Shown piece by piece: positions 1 through 11,055 of a DNA stretch of 64,000 nt; within the stretch, counting starts at the first letter, position 1, and each line of letters begins with the position of its first letter. Position numbers and translations under genes: made by a program. The DNA comes from Porphyromonas sp. (GTDB lineage: Bacteria > Bacteroidota > Bacteroidia > Bacteroidales > Porphyromonadaceae), in contig JBGZIN010000044.1 of NCBI GenBank assembly GCA_041848345.1, positions 14,989-78,988 of the forward strand. The letters are read 5' to 3'. The notes beneath the pieces were generated by a model. It had not been told where the DNA came from. It made no database searches and was given only the letters and a program-made list of their open reading frames with translations.

Positions 1-1
1 A

Positions 2-1876
2 GGGTTAAAGCTCTTGGGAAAATGGCACAAAGGAGGTATTTTTGACCAAATAGAACAGCTGCTCGAAGAGTGTGGATACAGTATAGATACACCCGTGGGA
101 GAGCTGTCTGCCGAAGTACTTAACATCATTCTATACGGCTGTACAAACGATGAAATATCGTTCGACTTCAAAGGAATAATGTTTTATTTGAACTTTGAAA
201 AGGGAATGGACTTCTTGGACGAAGAGACCAAGGATTGGGTGCAAAACTTACATTCCGAACAGAAGTGCCCCGAGTGCAACGGGGTGAGACTGAACAAAAT
301 TGCACAGCATTACCTCATCGGCAAATGGCGAATACACGAGCTGGCTGCTTTGGATTTGAATGATCTATTCGCTCTTTTGCCCCAAATTAAAGAAGCCATT
401 CCGCCCCACCTGCTCCCCGTTGGCGAAGAGATACTGAAAGAAATAGAAACACGTCTGAAGTTTCTTCTCGATGTAGGGCTTTACTACCTCAACCTATCCA
501 GAGGCTCATCTACTCTTTCGGGGGGAGAAAGCCAAAGAATACGCTTAGCCACACAAATAGGGACAGGACTCGTAGAGGTGCTTTATCTATTGGACGAACC
601 GGGGATCGGGCTGCATCCGAGCGATAACAGTAGGTTAATCGCCTCACTGCAAAAACTGAGAGACGGAGAAAATACGGTTGTCGTGGTGGAACATGATCAA
701 GATATGATGCTTGCGGCGGACTATATCGTAGACATGGGACCCGGAGCGGGACGCTTGGGCGGAAAGGTGGTCTTTGCCGGTTCTCCCCGAGAATTACCTT
801 CTGCTCATAGCATAACAGCCGACTACTTAAATGGGATCAGGCGTATCGCCATTCCCGATGCAAGGCGCAGTGGAAACGGACTTTTCCTTTCCCTAAAAGG
901 GGCTACGGGCAACAATCTCAAAAAAGTAGACCTATCTCTGCCTTTGGGTACATTCATATGCGTTACGGGTGTCTCCGGGAGTGGTAAATCTTCACTTATA
1001 AACGGCACTCTCGTCCCCGTCATAGCCCAAGCATTGTATCGTTCGTCCGTGGAACCTCTCCCCTACAAAAAGATTGAAGGCTTGGAAAACATCGATAAAC
1101 TGGCAGTTGTAGACCAATCGCCTTTGGGGCGCACACCGCGAAGCAATCCCGCCACCTATACGGGGCTGTTCACCGAGATTAGAAATCTCTTTGTGTCTCT
1201 CCCCGAAAGCAAAGCAAGGGGCTACAAAGCGGGACGATTTTCTTTCAATGTGGCAGGCGGTCGCTGTGAAGAATGCAAAGGCAACGGCTACAAAACATTG
1301 GCGATGAACTTCCTGCCGGATGTTACCATTCCTTGCGAGATATGTCATGGCAAACGCTACTCTCGAGAGACGTTGGAGGTTCGATATAAAGGAAAATCCA
1401 TTGCCGACGTACTTGATATGACCTTCAACCAAGCGGCAGAATTTTTTGAAAATATGCCTAAGCTACACAGTCGTTTGGAGATAATGCGCCAGGTAGGGTT
1501 GGGGTATATCAAGTTGGGACAACCATCCACCACTCTGTCGGGAGGAGAAAGCCAGCGTGTAAAATTGGCAGAAGAATTGTCCAAAAAAGATACCGGACGC
1601 TCTCTCTACATATTGGATGAGCCTACTACGGGGTTGCATTTTGAAGACATCAGGATGCTTCTCTCTTTGGTAAACCAATTGGTGGACAAAGGCAATACTG
1701 TACTCATCATAGAGCACGACCTCGATGTTATTAAAAGCGCAGATTATCTCATTGATATGGGACCCGAAGGGGGACGCAACGGAGGTCAGATCTTGTTTAC
1801 AGGTACCCCCGAAAAAATGATTACACAAAAAGAGCCATCCAATACAGCCCTATTCCTAAAAAAGAGAATGGAATAA
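2..1876 (+). CDS. uvrA: Excinuclease ABC subunit A, 5'-truncated by the window edge (frame open from position 2)
   Basis: Two LSGGESQR ABC signatures, Walker A GVSGSGKS, Zn fingers CPECNG, CEECKG and CEICHG, and the LDEPTTGLH motif. Confidence 0.97.
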   Translation, partial: GLKLLGKWHKGGIFDQIEQLLEECGYSIDTPVGELSAEVLNIILYGCTNDEISFDFKGIMFYLNFEKGMDFLDEETKDWVQNLHSEQKCPECNGVRLNKIAQHYLIGKWRIHELAALDLNDLFALLPQIKEAIPPHLLPVGEEILKEIETRLKFLLDVGLYYLNLSRGSSTLSGGESQRIRLATQIGTGLVEVLYLLDEPGIGLHPSDNSRLIASLQKLRDGENTVVVVEHDQDMMLAADYIVDMGPGAGRLGGKVVFAGSPRELPSAHSITADYLNGIRRIAIPDARRSGNGLFLSLKGATGNNLKKVDLSLPLGTFICVTGVSGSGKSSLINGTLVPVIAQALYRSSVEPLPYKKIEGLENIDKLAVVDQSPLGRTPRSNPATYTGLFTEIRNLFVSLPESKARGYKAGRFSFNVAGGRCEECKGNGYKTLAMNFLPDVTIPCEICHGKRYSRETLEVRYKGKSIADVLDMTFNQAAEFFENMPKLHSRLEIMRQVGLGYIKLGQPSTTLSGGESQRVKLAEELSKKDTGRSLYILDEPTTGLHFEDIRMLLSLVNQLVDKGNTVLIIEHDLDVIKSADYLIDMGPEGGRNGGQILFTGTPEKMITQKEPSNTALFLKKRME

Positions 1877-1998
1877 AGAGAACAACTATCCATAAACCCC
1901 TCAATCATAATAACATATATAATATAATTATCTCTTTTGCAGTAAGGTAATGAATGAGTCGAAAATTCAAAATCCTCCTTACTCTCTTATAATAGTTG

Positions 1999-2008
1999 TA
2001 TATTTGCA
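1999..2008 (+). promoter_or_regulatory. Bacteroidota sigma-A -7 promoter element (TATATTTGCA)
   Basis: TAnnTTTG consensus about 70 nt upstream of the 2080 ORF, at the head of the long + strand gene run. Confidence 0.65.
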
Positions 2009-2079
2009 AGAAATATATCCAAGGGAGATGTTTTAAGTCTTGCACACAAAGCCTCCTTTTGAGAACAATAAATTAGGAT

Positions 2080-3045
2080 ATGCAAGCCGACAATAGGGTA
2101 CATAGGAATTATATCGGGGTGCGTTTAATGGGGCTTTTTGCTCTGTTTTTTGCTGCTTTTCCCACTCATGCTCAAAAGATGAACAGCACCTATCAGGAGT
2201 ATATCCGTAAATATGCTTCGGAGTGTATCCGCCAGATGCAAGCACACAATATCCCTGCAAGTATCACCATGGCGCAAGGGCTATTGGAGTCCGGTGCCGG
2301 ACAAAGCACCTTGGCTTCCATACACAACAACCATTTCGGCATCAAGTGCCACCGCACGTGGCAAGGGAAGCGTACCTACAAAGACGATGATGAAGAGAAT
2401 GAGTGCTTTCGCAGCTATGAATCGGATTTGGATTCTTTCAGGGACCACTCCTATTTTCTCAAACAGCCTCGTTATGAAGGGCTCTATACGCTTAGGAGAA
2501 ATGATTACATCGGTTGGGCAAAAGGATTACAAAGGGCAGGATATGCTACCGATAAAGGCTATGCAAACAAGCTCATAGCCCTAATAGAGCTTTATGCTCT
2601 TTATGAATTGGACGAAGAGAACTATCCTCATTGGATGGATGGAACTCTCACACAATCCAAAAAGAAAAATCGTGGTTCTAAAACTCCTATGGTAAAGCAT
2701 GAGGGCTTCATCAGCTATGGACTTCTCTATGTAATAGCCCAAGATGGAGACACCTATTACTCCATTGCAGAAGAAATGGACATCAAGCCTAAGACTTTAG
2801 CCGAATACAATGATGTACCCTTAGACTTTCCGTTACAAGCAGGAGACGTAGTTTACTTGCAGAAGAAAAACAAGCAAGCCACGGAGCAATACCTCGATCA
2901 CGTAGTGAGCATAGGAGAATCTATGCACAGCATTGCTCAAAAATATGGCATACGCGTGGCATATCTATATAAAATGAATGACCTCGACCCTGAAACATAT
3001 GTTCCGGAAGAGGGAGATATACTCATATTGCGCAACTCTCGATAA
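2080..3045 (+). CDS. Glucosaminidase (GH73) domain protein with two C-terminal LysM domains (peptidoglycan hydrolase)
   Basis: IPASITMAQGLLESGAG, NNHFGIKCH and GYATD motifs; LysM-like GDTYYSIA and GESMHSIAQKYGI; signal-peptide-like N-terminus. Confidence 0.9.
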   Translation: MQADNRVHRNYIGVRLMGLFALFFAAFPTHAQKMNSTYQEYIRKYASECIRQMQAHNIPASITMAQGLLESGAGQSTLASIHNNHFGIKCHRTWQGKRTYKDDDEENECFRSYESDLDSFRDHSYFLKQPRYEGLYTLRRNDYIGWAKGLQRAGYATDKGYANKLIALIELYALYELDEENYPHWMDGTLTQSKKKNRGSKTPMVKHEGFISYGLLYVIAQDGDTYYSIAEEMDIKPKTLAEYNDVPLDFPLQAGDVVYLQKKNKQATEQYLDHVVSIGESMHSIAQKYGIRVAYLYKMNDLDPETYVPEEGDILILRNSR

Positions 3046-3075
3046 CTAAAGAATAAAGACTCGTAAACAGACAGT

Positions 3076-4245
3076 ATGACCCAAGAGCGTTATATGCAGC
3101 GAGGTGTTTCGGCTGCCAAAGAAGATGTACACAACGCAATAAAGAATGTGGATAAGGGGCTGTTTCCCAAAGCCTTTTGTAAAATTCTTCCCGACTTATT
3201 AGGACAAGACGAAGCCTACTGCAATCTTATGCATGCCGATGGAGCCGGTACCAAATCATCCTTGGCATACATATATTGGAAAGAAACCGGAGATCTATCC
3301 GTTTGGAAAGGTATTGCTCAAGACGCCTTAGTGATGAATTTGGACGATCTCCTGTGCGTTGGGGCAACGGATAACATCCTTGTATCCTCTACAATAGGAC
3401 GTAACAAAGCCTTAATACCGGGGGAAGTTATTGCAGCCATCATCAATGGCACGGAAGAACTGTTGGAGGAATTGCGCGACTTGGGAGTAGGCATAACTTC
3501 ATCGGGAGGGGAAACTGCAGATGTGGGAGATTTGGTACGTACCATCATCGTCGATAGCACCGTTACTTGTAGGATGAAGCGAAGTGATGTTATCGACAAT
3601 GCTCGCATCCAAGCAGGCGATGTTATCGTGGGGTTATCCTCCTATGGTCAGGCAACCTATGAGCGATGCTATAATGGTGGTATGGGGAGTAATGGGCTCA
3701 CTTCGGCTCGCCACGATGTATTAAACAATTATTTGTCAAAGCTATACCCGGAAAGTTTTGATCCTTCTATTCCAAAGGACCTTGTTTACAGTGGCTCTCG
3801 TAACCTGCTTGACCCCGTAGAGGGGACTCCAATGAATACAGGACAACTTATCCTCTCTCCCACTCGTACCTATGCACCTATTGTTGCGAGTGTTCTCAAA
3901 GAGATGCGTTCTGCAATACATGGTATGGTGCACTGCACGGGAGGGGCTCAAACAAAGGTGCTCCACTTTGTGGAAAATAAGCACATTGTAAAAGACAATT
4001 TGCTACCCATACCTCCGTTGTTTCAACTCATAGCACAAGAAAGTGGGGCTGAAGCGAAAGAACTCTACAAAGTATTCAACATGGGACATCGTTTAGAGTT
4101 CTACCTCTCGGAGAAAGATGCTGAACGGGTTATCGAGATTAGCAAGAATTTTGGTGTGGAAGCACAAGTGATCGGACATGTGGAAGAGGGAGATGGAAAA
4201 AACAGTCTCCTGCTTGACACTCCATACGGAAAACTTTACTACTAA
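3076..4245 (+). CDS. purM: Phosphoribosylformylglycinamidine cyclo-ligase (Bacteroidota type)
   Basis: HADGAGTKS, MNLDDLLCVGA, SSGGETADVGD, HCTGGAQTK and VFNMGHRLE motifs. Confidence 0.92.
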   Translation: MTQERYMQRGVSAAKEDVHNAIKNVDKGLFPKAFCKILPDLLGQDEAYCNLMHADGAGTKSSLAYIYWKETGDLSVWKGIAQDALVMNLDDLLCVGATDNILVSSTIGRNKALIPGEVIAAIINGTEELLEELRDLGVGITSSGGETADVGDLVRTIIVDSTVTCRMKRSDVIDNARIQAGDVIVGLSSYGQATYERCYNGGMGSNGLTSARHDVLNNYLSKLYPESFDPSIPKDLVYSGSRNLLDPVEGTPMNTGQLILSPTRTYAPIVASVLKEMRSAIHGMVHCTGGAQTKVLHFVENKHIVKDNLLPIPPLFQLIAQESGAEAKELYKVFNMGHRLEFYLSEKDAERVIEISKNFGVEAQVIGHVEEGDGKNSLLLDTPYGKLYY

Positions 4246-5334
4246 ATGAACGAAGAGAAGCTATTACAGCATCTAAATAGTTTAGAAGAGCGCTTTGAAG
4301 AGGTACGTTTACTCATAACGGACCCTTCCGTTATTGCAGACGACAAACGATTTGTTCGTCTCAGTAAGGAATATCGCAAGTTGGAAGAGTTACACGAGGC
4401 TCACAAAAAGTACCTCTCCCTCTGTAACAGCAGGAAAGATGCTCAAGAATTATTGCACTCCTCTGGAGATGAAGAACTGCGTTCTCTGGCCAAGGAAGAA
4501 CTGACTCAAATAGATGAAGTTTTGCCCGACATGCAGCAAGCCATAGCACTTCTACTCCTTCCCGATGATCCCGAAGATGCAAAGAATGCAATTATGGAAA
4601 TCAGAGCGGGAACCGGAGGCGACGAAGCAGCTCTCTTTGCAAAAGACCTTTTCAAAATGTATTCACGCTATTGCGAAGGCAAGAAGTGGCATATAGAAGT
4701 GAGTTCCTTTACAGAGGGAAGTTTGGGTGGATATAAGGAGATTGTATTCACTATTTCGGGCGATTCTGTATATGGCACTCTGAAGTATGAATCCGGAGTA
4801 CATCGAGTGCAGAGAGTACCGGAAACGGAAACACAAGGAAGAGTGCATACCTCTGCGGCAACGGTTGCCGTATTTCCCGAAGCAGATGAGTTCGATGTGG
4901 AAATAAAAGAGTCTGACATTAGGGTTGATACCTACTGTTCCAGTGGTGCGGGAGGGCAATCGGTTAATACAACCTACTCAGCTGTCCGCTTAGTACATAT
5001 TCCGACAGGTATTATGGTACAGTGCCAAGATCAAAAATCTCAGCTCAAGAACAAGGCTAAAGCCCTCATCGAACTTCGTAGTAGGATATACAATCAAGAA
5101 CACCAAAAATATATTGACGAAGTGGCCTCTCGCCGTAAAACGATGGTTTCTACCGGCGATAGATCGGCAAAAATACGCACCTACAATTTTCCGCAAGGGC
5201 GTTTGACCGACCACAGAATTGGGCTCACATTATACAATCTGAGTGCTGTGATGGATGGAGACTTGCAAAATGTGGTAGAAGCCCTTGCCATGGCGGAAAA
5301 TAGTGAAAGACTAAGTGAAGCGTCGTTGCTTTAA
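4246..5334 (+). CDS. prfA: Peptide chain release factor 1
   Basis: EIRAGTGGDEA, ESGVHRVQRVPETE (PxT), GAGGQ and RTYNFPQGR. Confidence 0.97.
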   Translation: MNEEKLLQHLNSLEERFEEVRLLITDPSVIADDKRFVRLSKEYRKLEELHEAHKKYLSLCNSRKDAQELLHSSGDEELRSLAKEELTQIDEVLPDMQQAIALLLLPDDPEDAKNAIMEIRAGTGGDEAALFAKDLFKMYSRYCEGKKWHIEVSSFTEGSLGGYKEIVFTISGDSVYGTLKYESGVHRVQRVPETETQGRVHTSAATVAVFPEADEFDVEIKESDIRVDTYCSSGAGGQSVNTTYSAVRLVHIPTGIMVQCQDQKSQLKNKAKALIELRSRIYNQEHQKYIDEVASRRKTMVSTGDRSAKIRTYNFPQGRLTDHRIGLTLYNLSAVMDGDLQNVVEALAMAENSERLSEASLL

Positions 5335-5371
5335 TTCACAAGGAGAAAAATATAAAGAATAAGGATACAGT

Positions 5372-6202
5372 ATGACAAAACAAGAACTCATTGATAATAT
5401 CAAACGTAAACGATCATTTTTGTGCATTGGTCTTGACACAGATGTCCGCAAGATACCGGAGTGTCTGATGCAAGAGGAAAATCCTATTCTTGCTTTCAAC
5501 CAAGCCATAATCGATGCCACAGCGGAGTATTGCGTCGCTTACAAGCCTAATGTGGCGTTCTATGAGTCAATGGGAGCCTTTGGTATACAAGCGCTGGGGA
5601 GTACCATATCATACATAAAAGAAAAATATCCCGATCAGCTCATTATAGCAGATGCCAAGCGAGGAGATATTGGCAATACGGGCACACTGTATGCTCGTGC
5701 GTTTTTTGATTATTTCAAAGCCGATGCCATCACCCTCGCCCCCTATATGGGAGTGGATAGCATCAAACCTTTCTTGGAATATACCGATAAGTGGGTCGTA
5801 CTGCTCGCTTTAACCTCCAATGCCGGATCTAAAGACTTCCAGTTACAAAGAATGGAGAATGGTAAATATCTCTTTGAAAAGGTTTTGGAAGAGAGCACTT
5901 CTTGGGGAGACGACAAGCAAATCATGTATGTCGTAGGGGCAACGCAAACAGAATATCTCAAATGTGTGCGCTCCATAGTGCCCAACCATTTTCTTTTGGT
6001 GCCGGGTATAGGAGCACAAGGAGGAGATTTTGATCAATTGGTACACGGTGCCATGAACAACGAATGTGGTCTTCTCGTCAATTCTTCTCGGGGTATTATT
6101 TATGCAGACTCTTCTGAACATTTTGCATCGGCTGCGGCACACGAGGCGGAGGTATTGAAACGACAAATGGAAATAGCCCTTATTAACAAAGGGATTATTT
6201 AA
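5372..6202 (+). CDS. pyrF: Orotidine-5'-phosphate decarboxylase
   Basis: [36 protein letters not shown] and NSSRGI. Confidence 0.95.
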   Translation: MTKQELIDNIKRKRSFLCIGLDTDVRKIPECLMQEENPILAFNQAIIDATAEYCVAYKPNVAFYESMGAFGIQALGSTISYIKEKYPDQLIIADAKRGDIGNTGTLYARAFFDYFKADAITLAPYMGVDSIKPFLEYTDKWVVLLALTSNAGSKDFQLQRMENGKYLFEKVLEESTSWGDDKQIMYVVGATQTEYLKCVRSIVPNHFLLVPGIGAQGGDFDQLVHGAMNNECGLLVNSSRGIIYADSSEHFASAAAHEAEVLKRQMEIALINKGII

Positions 6203-6213
6203 TAGAAATACAA

Positions 6214-7266
6214 ATGAAGTACACTGTAAGGGATATTGCCTCTCTCATAAAAGGTACTGTAATTGGAAATCCGGAGGCTGTTGTTTCTGCGTTTGGGAAA
6301 ATAGAAGAAGCGAAGGAGGGAGAACTTTCTTTCATCGCCAATTCCAAATATGAGCCATTCCTCTACACTTCTCAAGCAACGGCAGTATTGGTAAATGAAG
6401 ATTTTACTCCCTCTGCGTCTTACGCACCAACACTCATTAAAGTAGATAATCCCTATGCTGCTTTGGCTCAACTCATGCAGCTGGTGGAGCATGAACTAAA
6501 TCCACACCGCGAGGGAGTAGCTCCGGAAGCGCTAATACACCCCTCGGTAACAATCCCCCCACACTGCTACATCGGTCCTTTTGTGTGCATAGAAAAAGGG
6601 GTTACTTTGGGAGAAGGGTGTTCCATATATCCTTACTCTTACATTGGACAAGACGTGACGATTGGACAAAATACTGTGATTTATCCGCACGTATCCATCT
6701 ACCATAGCTGTGTTATCGGGGATAGATGCGTTATCCATGCCGGGTCGGTCATAGGAGCTGATGGATTTGGATTTGCACCAACAGAAGAAGGGTACAACAA
6801 AATACCTCAGCTTGGTACGGTTAAGATTTCAAACGATGTTGAAATCGGGGCAAATACTTGTATTGATAGGGCGGTTATGGGAGCAACCCTTGTGGGACAA
6901 GGAACAAAGCTGGACAACCTAATTCAAGTAGCACACAACTGCTCCATTGGGGAGCACACTGTTATCGCCTCCCAAACAGGAATGGCAGGTTCTTCTCACA
7001 TAGGTTCTTGGTGCAAAATAGGCGGACAAGCCGGTATTGCAGGGCACATAACCGTTGGAGACAGAGTGAATATGGGAGGTCAAACGGGAATACTCGGCAA
7101 CGTAAAATCTGACAGAAATCTATTGGGCTCTCCCGCCATGGAGTTATCAAAAGCCCTCAGAGCCTACACTGTTATCCCTAAACTTCCCGAACTCAACGCC
7201 CGTATTAGAGATTTAGAAAAGAAACTTGAACAAATAGAATCGAAGTTATGCAACAACAAACATTAA
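6214..7266 (+). CDS. lpxD: UDP-3-O-acylglucosamine N-acyltransferase
   Basis: Hexapeptide repeats; [17 protein letters not shown] and [10 protein letters not shown]. Confidence 0.96.
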   Translation: MKYTVRDIASLIKGTVIGNPEAVVSAFGKIEEAKEGELSFIANSKYEPFLYTSQATAVLVNEDFTPSASYAPTLIKVDNPYAALAQLMQLVEHELNPHREGVAPEALIHPSVTIPPHCYIGPFVCIEKGVTLGEGCSIYPYSYIGQDVTIGQNTVIYPHVSIYHSCVIGDRCVIHAGSVIGADGFGFAPTEEGYNKIPQLGTVKISNDVEIGANTCIDRAVMGATLVGQGTKLDNLIQVAHNCSIGEHTVIASQTGMAGSSHIGSWCKIGGQAGIAGHITVGDRVNMGGQTGILGNVKSDRNLLGSPAMELSKALRAYTVIPKLPELNARIRDLEKKLEQIESKLCNNKH

Positions 7267-8627
7267 GCTCTCCACTACATTTTAGTGGAAAAGGGTTACA
7301 TACTGGATTAGATATATCAATGTCTTTGCTACCCGCCCCTGCCAATACAGGCTACGTGGTACGTCGTTCAGACAAAGAAGGACAGTCTTTCGCTCTTTTG
7401 GCTGAACTGGTAAATTCCACTGAACGCAGCACTGTGATCAAGAAAGGAGAGTTAAGCATTAGCACAGTAGAGCACGTGCTGAGTGCCCTATACGCCATGG
7501 GGGTGGATAATTGTATCATAGAAGTAGATGCTCCCGAATGCCCTATATTGGATGGAAGTGCAATTCCCTACATAGAAGGGATCAAAAAAGTAGGACTTAT
7601 TGAGCAAGATGCGGAAAGAGAATACTACTATGTAAAAAAACGAATGGAAGTTACAGACCCGGAAACAGGATCCAAATTGATATTCCTCCCGGATGATCAA
7701 TTCTCCATCGATGTGCATATCTCCTATCCATCTTCTGCTCTTTCCAATCAATTTGCCTCTTTCGATGCCAATACGGACTATGCGACAGAAATTGCACCGG
7801 CTCGCAGCTTTGTATTCGTTCGAGAAATACTCCCTCTATTAGAAAAAGGGCTTATCAAAGGGGGAGATTTGAACAATGCGCACGTCATCTACGACGAAAT
7901 ACTCGATGATAAAAGAAAAAAAGCCTTACAAGATCACTTAGGCGAAGGCTATACTATTCCGGATCAGTTGGGTAGTATTAACCCCAATCCTCAAATGATA
8001 AATGAGCCTGCACGCCATAAACTTTTAGATGTTATCGGCGACTTGGCTTTGGCTGGTCGCTTTATCAAAGGTCATGTAATAGCCTACTGCCCGGGACATG
8101 GTATCAACAATCAGATGGCTCGCCTCATTCGCAAAGATCTCAAACAAATGGAAGAGCAATCTCCTCAATACGATCCCAACCAAGCTCCGTTGCTTGATAT
8201 AAATCGTATCAAAGAGCTGCTTCCACACCGCTTCCCGTTCTTGTTGGTAGATAAAGTGATCGACATAAAAAAGGACTCAATTGTCGGGGTTAAAAGCGTG
8301 TCGGGCAACGAACCATTCTTCCCCGGGCACTTTCCGGAAGAACCTGTTATGCCGGGCGTTTTAATCGTTGAAGCTATGGCACAAACAGGCGGTTTGTTGG
8401 TTCTGAACTCTATGGGTAATGAAAAATGCTCCACCTATTTTCTAAAGATCAACAATGTAAAATTCAGACAGAAGGTTGTGCCCGGAGATACCTTGCTCTT
8501 CAAACTGCGTATGACTTCTGAAATCAGCAGAGGTGTTGCCAACATGCGAGGCTTGGCATTTGTCGGGGACAAACTCGTTTGTGAAGCCGAATTCATGGCT
8601 CAAATAGTAAAAAACAATCCTAAATAA
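7248..8627 (+). CDS. lpxC-fabZ: Bifunctional UDP-3-O-acyl-GlcNAc deacetylase / 3-hydroxyacyl-ACP dehydratase
   Basis: LpxC motifs [17 protein letters not shown] and [11 protein letters not shown]; FabZ motifs [11 protein letters not shown] and [16 protein letters not shown]. Confidence 0.96.
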   Translation: MQQQTLSSPLHFSGKGLHTGLDISMSLLPAPANTGYVVRRSDKEGQSFALLAELVNSTERSTVIKKGELSISTVEHVLSALYAMGVDNCIIEVDAPECPILDGSAIPYIEGIKKVGLIEQDAEREYYYVKKRMEVTDPETGSKLIFLPDDQFSIDVHISYPSSALSNQFASFDANTDYATEIAPARSFVFVREILPLLEKGLIKGGDLNNAHVIYDEILDDKRKKALQDHLGEGYTIPDQLGSINPNPQMINEPARHKLLDVIGDLALAGRFIKGHVIAYCPGHGINNQMARLIRKDLKQMEEQSPQYDPNQAPLLDINRIKELLPHRFPFLLVDKVIDIKKDSIVGVKSVSGNEPFFPGHFPEEPVMPGVLIVEAMAQTGGLLVLNSMGNEKCSTYFLKINNVKFRQKVVPGDTLLFKLRMTSEISRGVANMRGLAFVGDKLVCEAEFMAQIVKNNPK

Positions 8628-8637
8628 CACACACCAC

Positions 8638-9432
8638 ATGACACAAGAAACTTTCATTCACCCTCAAGCAGTGGTACATCCTTCTGCACAAATAGGACAA
8701 GGAGTACATATCGATGCCTTCGCCATCGTCGAAGAAAATACTGAAATTGGTGATAATACATTCCTACACCCTCACTCCATTGTCCGTAGTGGAAGTCGGA
8801 TTGGAAAGCGTTGTCAGATCCACCCGGGAGCTGTAATTGGGGGCATTCCGCAAGATTTGAAATTCAAAAACGAAGAGACTTTGGCAATAATCGGAGACGA
8901 TACTACGGTGCGTGAATATGCAACTGTTAATAGAGGAACTGCCTCCAGAGGTTTTACCAAGGTGGGCGATCGGTGTCTTCTGATGGCTTACAGCCATGTT
9001 GCTCATGATTGCGTCCTCAACAACAACATCATCATAGGCAACGCCACTCAAATTGCAGGGGAGGTGCAGATTGATGACTTTGCAATTTTAAGTGGAGGTG
9101 TACTCGTCCACCAATTTGTCAGCATCTCTCAGCATGTTATGATCCAGGGAGGTTCCAAAGTAACTAAAGATATTCCTCCCTATGTCATTGTCGGAAGAGA
9201 TCCCATCACCTACTGCGGCATCAATATCGTCGGACTGCGTCGCAGAGGCTTCACCAATGAACAAATATTTTTAATTGGCGATATATATCGCACTCTCTAT
9301 CTGAAAGGTCTCAACAATACAGATGCCCTAAATACGATAGAAAAAGAATACCCCTCCTCTACCGAAAGAGACTTAATTTTCAACTTTGTAAAAGCATCGG
9401 AAAGAGGTATTGTACGTGGTAATCTCGAATAA
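8638..9432 (+). CDS. lpxA: Acyl-ACP--UDP-N-acetylglucosamine O-acyltransferase
   Basis: Hexapeptide repeats; PQDLKF, IREY-like VREYATVNRGT, and HVAHDC; follows lpxD and lpxC. Confidence 0.96.
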   Translation: MTQETFIHPQAVVHPSAQIGQGVHIDAFAIVEENTEIGDNTFLHPHSIVRSGSRIGKRCQIHPGAVIGGIPQDLKFKNEETLAIIGDDTTVREYATVNRGTASRGFTKVGDRCLLMAYSHVAHDCVLNNNIIIGNATQIAGEVQIDDFAILSGGVLVHQFVSISQHVMIQGGSKVTKDIPPYVIVGRDPITYCGINIVGLRRRGFTNEQIFLIGDIYRTLYLKGLNNTDALNTIEKEYPSSTERDLIFNFVKASERGIVRGNLE

Positions 9433-9449
9433 AAAGTAGCACACAAATT

Positions 9450-11030
9450 ATGAGAAAGATCTTTACGGAGGGAAATATTGGGAAAATATATGCACGCTCT
9501 TTGGAAGAGGGGGTGTGCACAGCCTCGGAACTAATCTATTTTCATTCTTCTCAATTTGTTTCTGAGTTGAGAGTCTGTTATGAAGATCTTCCCTCCCGAT
9601 CTTTCATCATATTCTGTGGTCCCGGATACAATGGCTCCATGGGGCTAAACATTGCTCTCATTTTAGCGGAACAACTTAAGTTAAAACAGCAAGTAGAGGT
9701 ATATCTTTTCAAACCACCCACGGGTATCCCGAAAGAATCCATAGAACTGAAAGAACGGCTTCTTACGGTTGAAAGTATCCTACTACACGAGATCGACAAC
9801 CAATTTACGCCTCCACAAATAGAGCAACGTCACATTGTTATCGACGCCCTGTTTGGCACGGGGTTGTCCTCTCCTTTGAGAGCAAATAGCGGTTTCGGCA
9901 AACTCATTAAGTATATTAACTCCATAGATAACAAGGAAGTTGTATCGGTAGACATCCCCTCGGGATTGTCTGCCGATAGCAATGAGGATGCCCAACCGGA
10001 TTGCATCATACGTGCCAATCATACATTCTGTTTAGACTTTCCCAAGCTATCGTCCTTCTTCGCCGAAAATAGGGAGTTTTACGGTAATCTAAGACTTTTG
10101 GACTTCAAACTGAGCAACAAAGTTGAAGAAAAACTTACCACCCACTACTGCGAAACTACCGACCATGACATTGAGTTTTCTCTACAACGAAGAGAACAGC
10201 ACACTTCCTCGCAAGAAACGCAAGGGAAAGCTCTGATTATCGGAGGAGGCAGTGGTATAGGAGCATTGGCATTGTCTTCAAAAGGTGCACTTACGAGTGG
10301 TATCTCCCACTTAGCGGTTCAAACGACCTCTAAAGAGGATCTTTTGTTACAAGTGTCTGTTCCCGAAGTTATATCACACCCATCCTTTCCTTTTGAAGAA
10401 GAGCAAGACCAAGTAAATAGAGTTGAGGAAACCTTTGTGCAAAAGCATATTTCCTTGTTACATTCTTATGCGGTGATAGCTTTGGGACGAGGACTTTGGT
10501 CTTCCGATATAACACTGCAGTATATCGAAAAAATCTTCTTTTCTCTCTCAGAAAAACAATTCGTTTTCGATGAAAATGCCGTTGATATGTTTATTCATCG
10601 AGAAGATTTGTTAGAAATTATTCCCTCCAACTCCATTCTGATACTCTCTCCGTCTGCGTTGGATAGACTTGTAAAAGTTACAAGCAACAAGGAAGAGCAA
10701 CGGATGGAACAAGCAAAATCTTTTGCTAAAAGGAAGCAAATCTACATCATATTGCGTGGTTATCGAACAGCAATTTGTCTTCCCAATGGAACGGTTATCT
10801 TCGATACAAGCGGTAGCTGCGACAAAAATATTCAAGGAGGAGAAGCTGTTTTATTGGGGATGGTTACCTCTCTTCTGACTCAAAACTATTCTCCGGGAAC
10901 AGCCTCCATGATAGCCACTCATTTATATGGTCTTGCTTGTGATTTGTACATCGGACGCTATGCCCACTTTTCCCTTACAGCATCTGCTGTTTTGGAAGCT
11001 CTTCCTTCTGTTTTTAAGCAAATAAAGTAG
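9450..11030 (+). CDS. nnr: NAD(P)H-hydrate epimerase/dehydratase (NnrE-NnrD/YjeF) homologue with degenerate catalytic motifs
   Basis: Retains IDALFGTG and SVDIPSG plus the two-domain YjeF layout, but has GPGYNGSM (vs GNNGGD) and GGEAVL (vs GSGDVL). Confidence 0.8.
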   Translation: MRKIFTEGNIGKIYARSLEEGVCTASELIYFHSSQFVSELRVCYEDLPSRSFIIFCGPGYNGSMGLNIALILAEQLKLKQQVEVYLFKPPTGIPKESIELKERLLTVESILLHEIDNQFTPPQIEQRHIVIDALFGTGLSSPLRANSGFGKLIKYINSIDNKEVVSVDIPSGLSADSNEDAQPDCIIRANHTFCLDFPKLSSFFAENREFYGNLRLLDFKLSNKVEEKLTTHYCETTDHDIEFSLQRREQHTSSQETQGKALIIGGGSGIGALALSSKGALTSGISHLAVQTTSKEDLLLQVSVPEVISHPSFPFEEEQDQVNRVEETFVQKHISLLHSYAVIALGRGLWSSDITLQYIEKIFFSLSEKQFVFDENAVDMFIHREDLLEIIPSNSILILSPSALDRLVKVTSNKEEQRMEQAKSFAKRKQIYIILRGYRTAICLPNGTVIFDTSGSCDKNIQGGEAVLLGMVTSLLTQNYSPGTASMIATHLYGLACDLYIGRYAHFSLTASAVLEALPSVFKQIK

Positions 11031-11055
11031 TCTATCTTTCATCCGTACAGATTTT

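Noticed and set aside
1895-1935. AT-rich ATAATAACATATATAATATAAT stretch as a dif or origin element
   Set aside because: It does not match the XerC/XerD arm arrangement and has no DnaA boxes; probably low-complexity intergenic DNA.
7248-8627. LpxC-FabZ fusion as a novelty
   Set aside because: This is the standard architecture in Bacteroidota.
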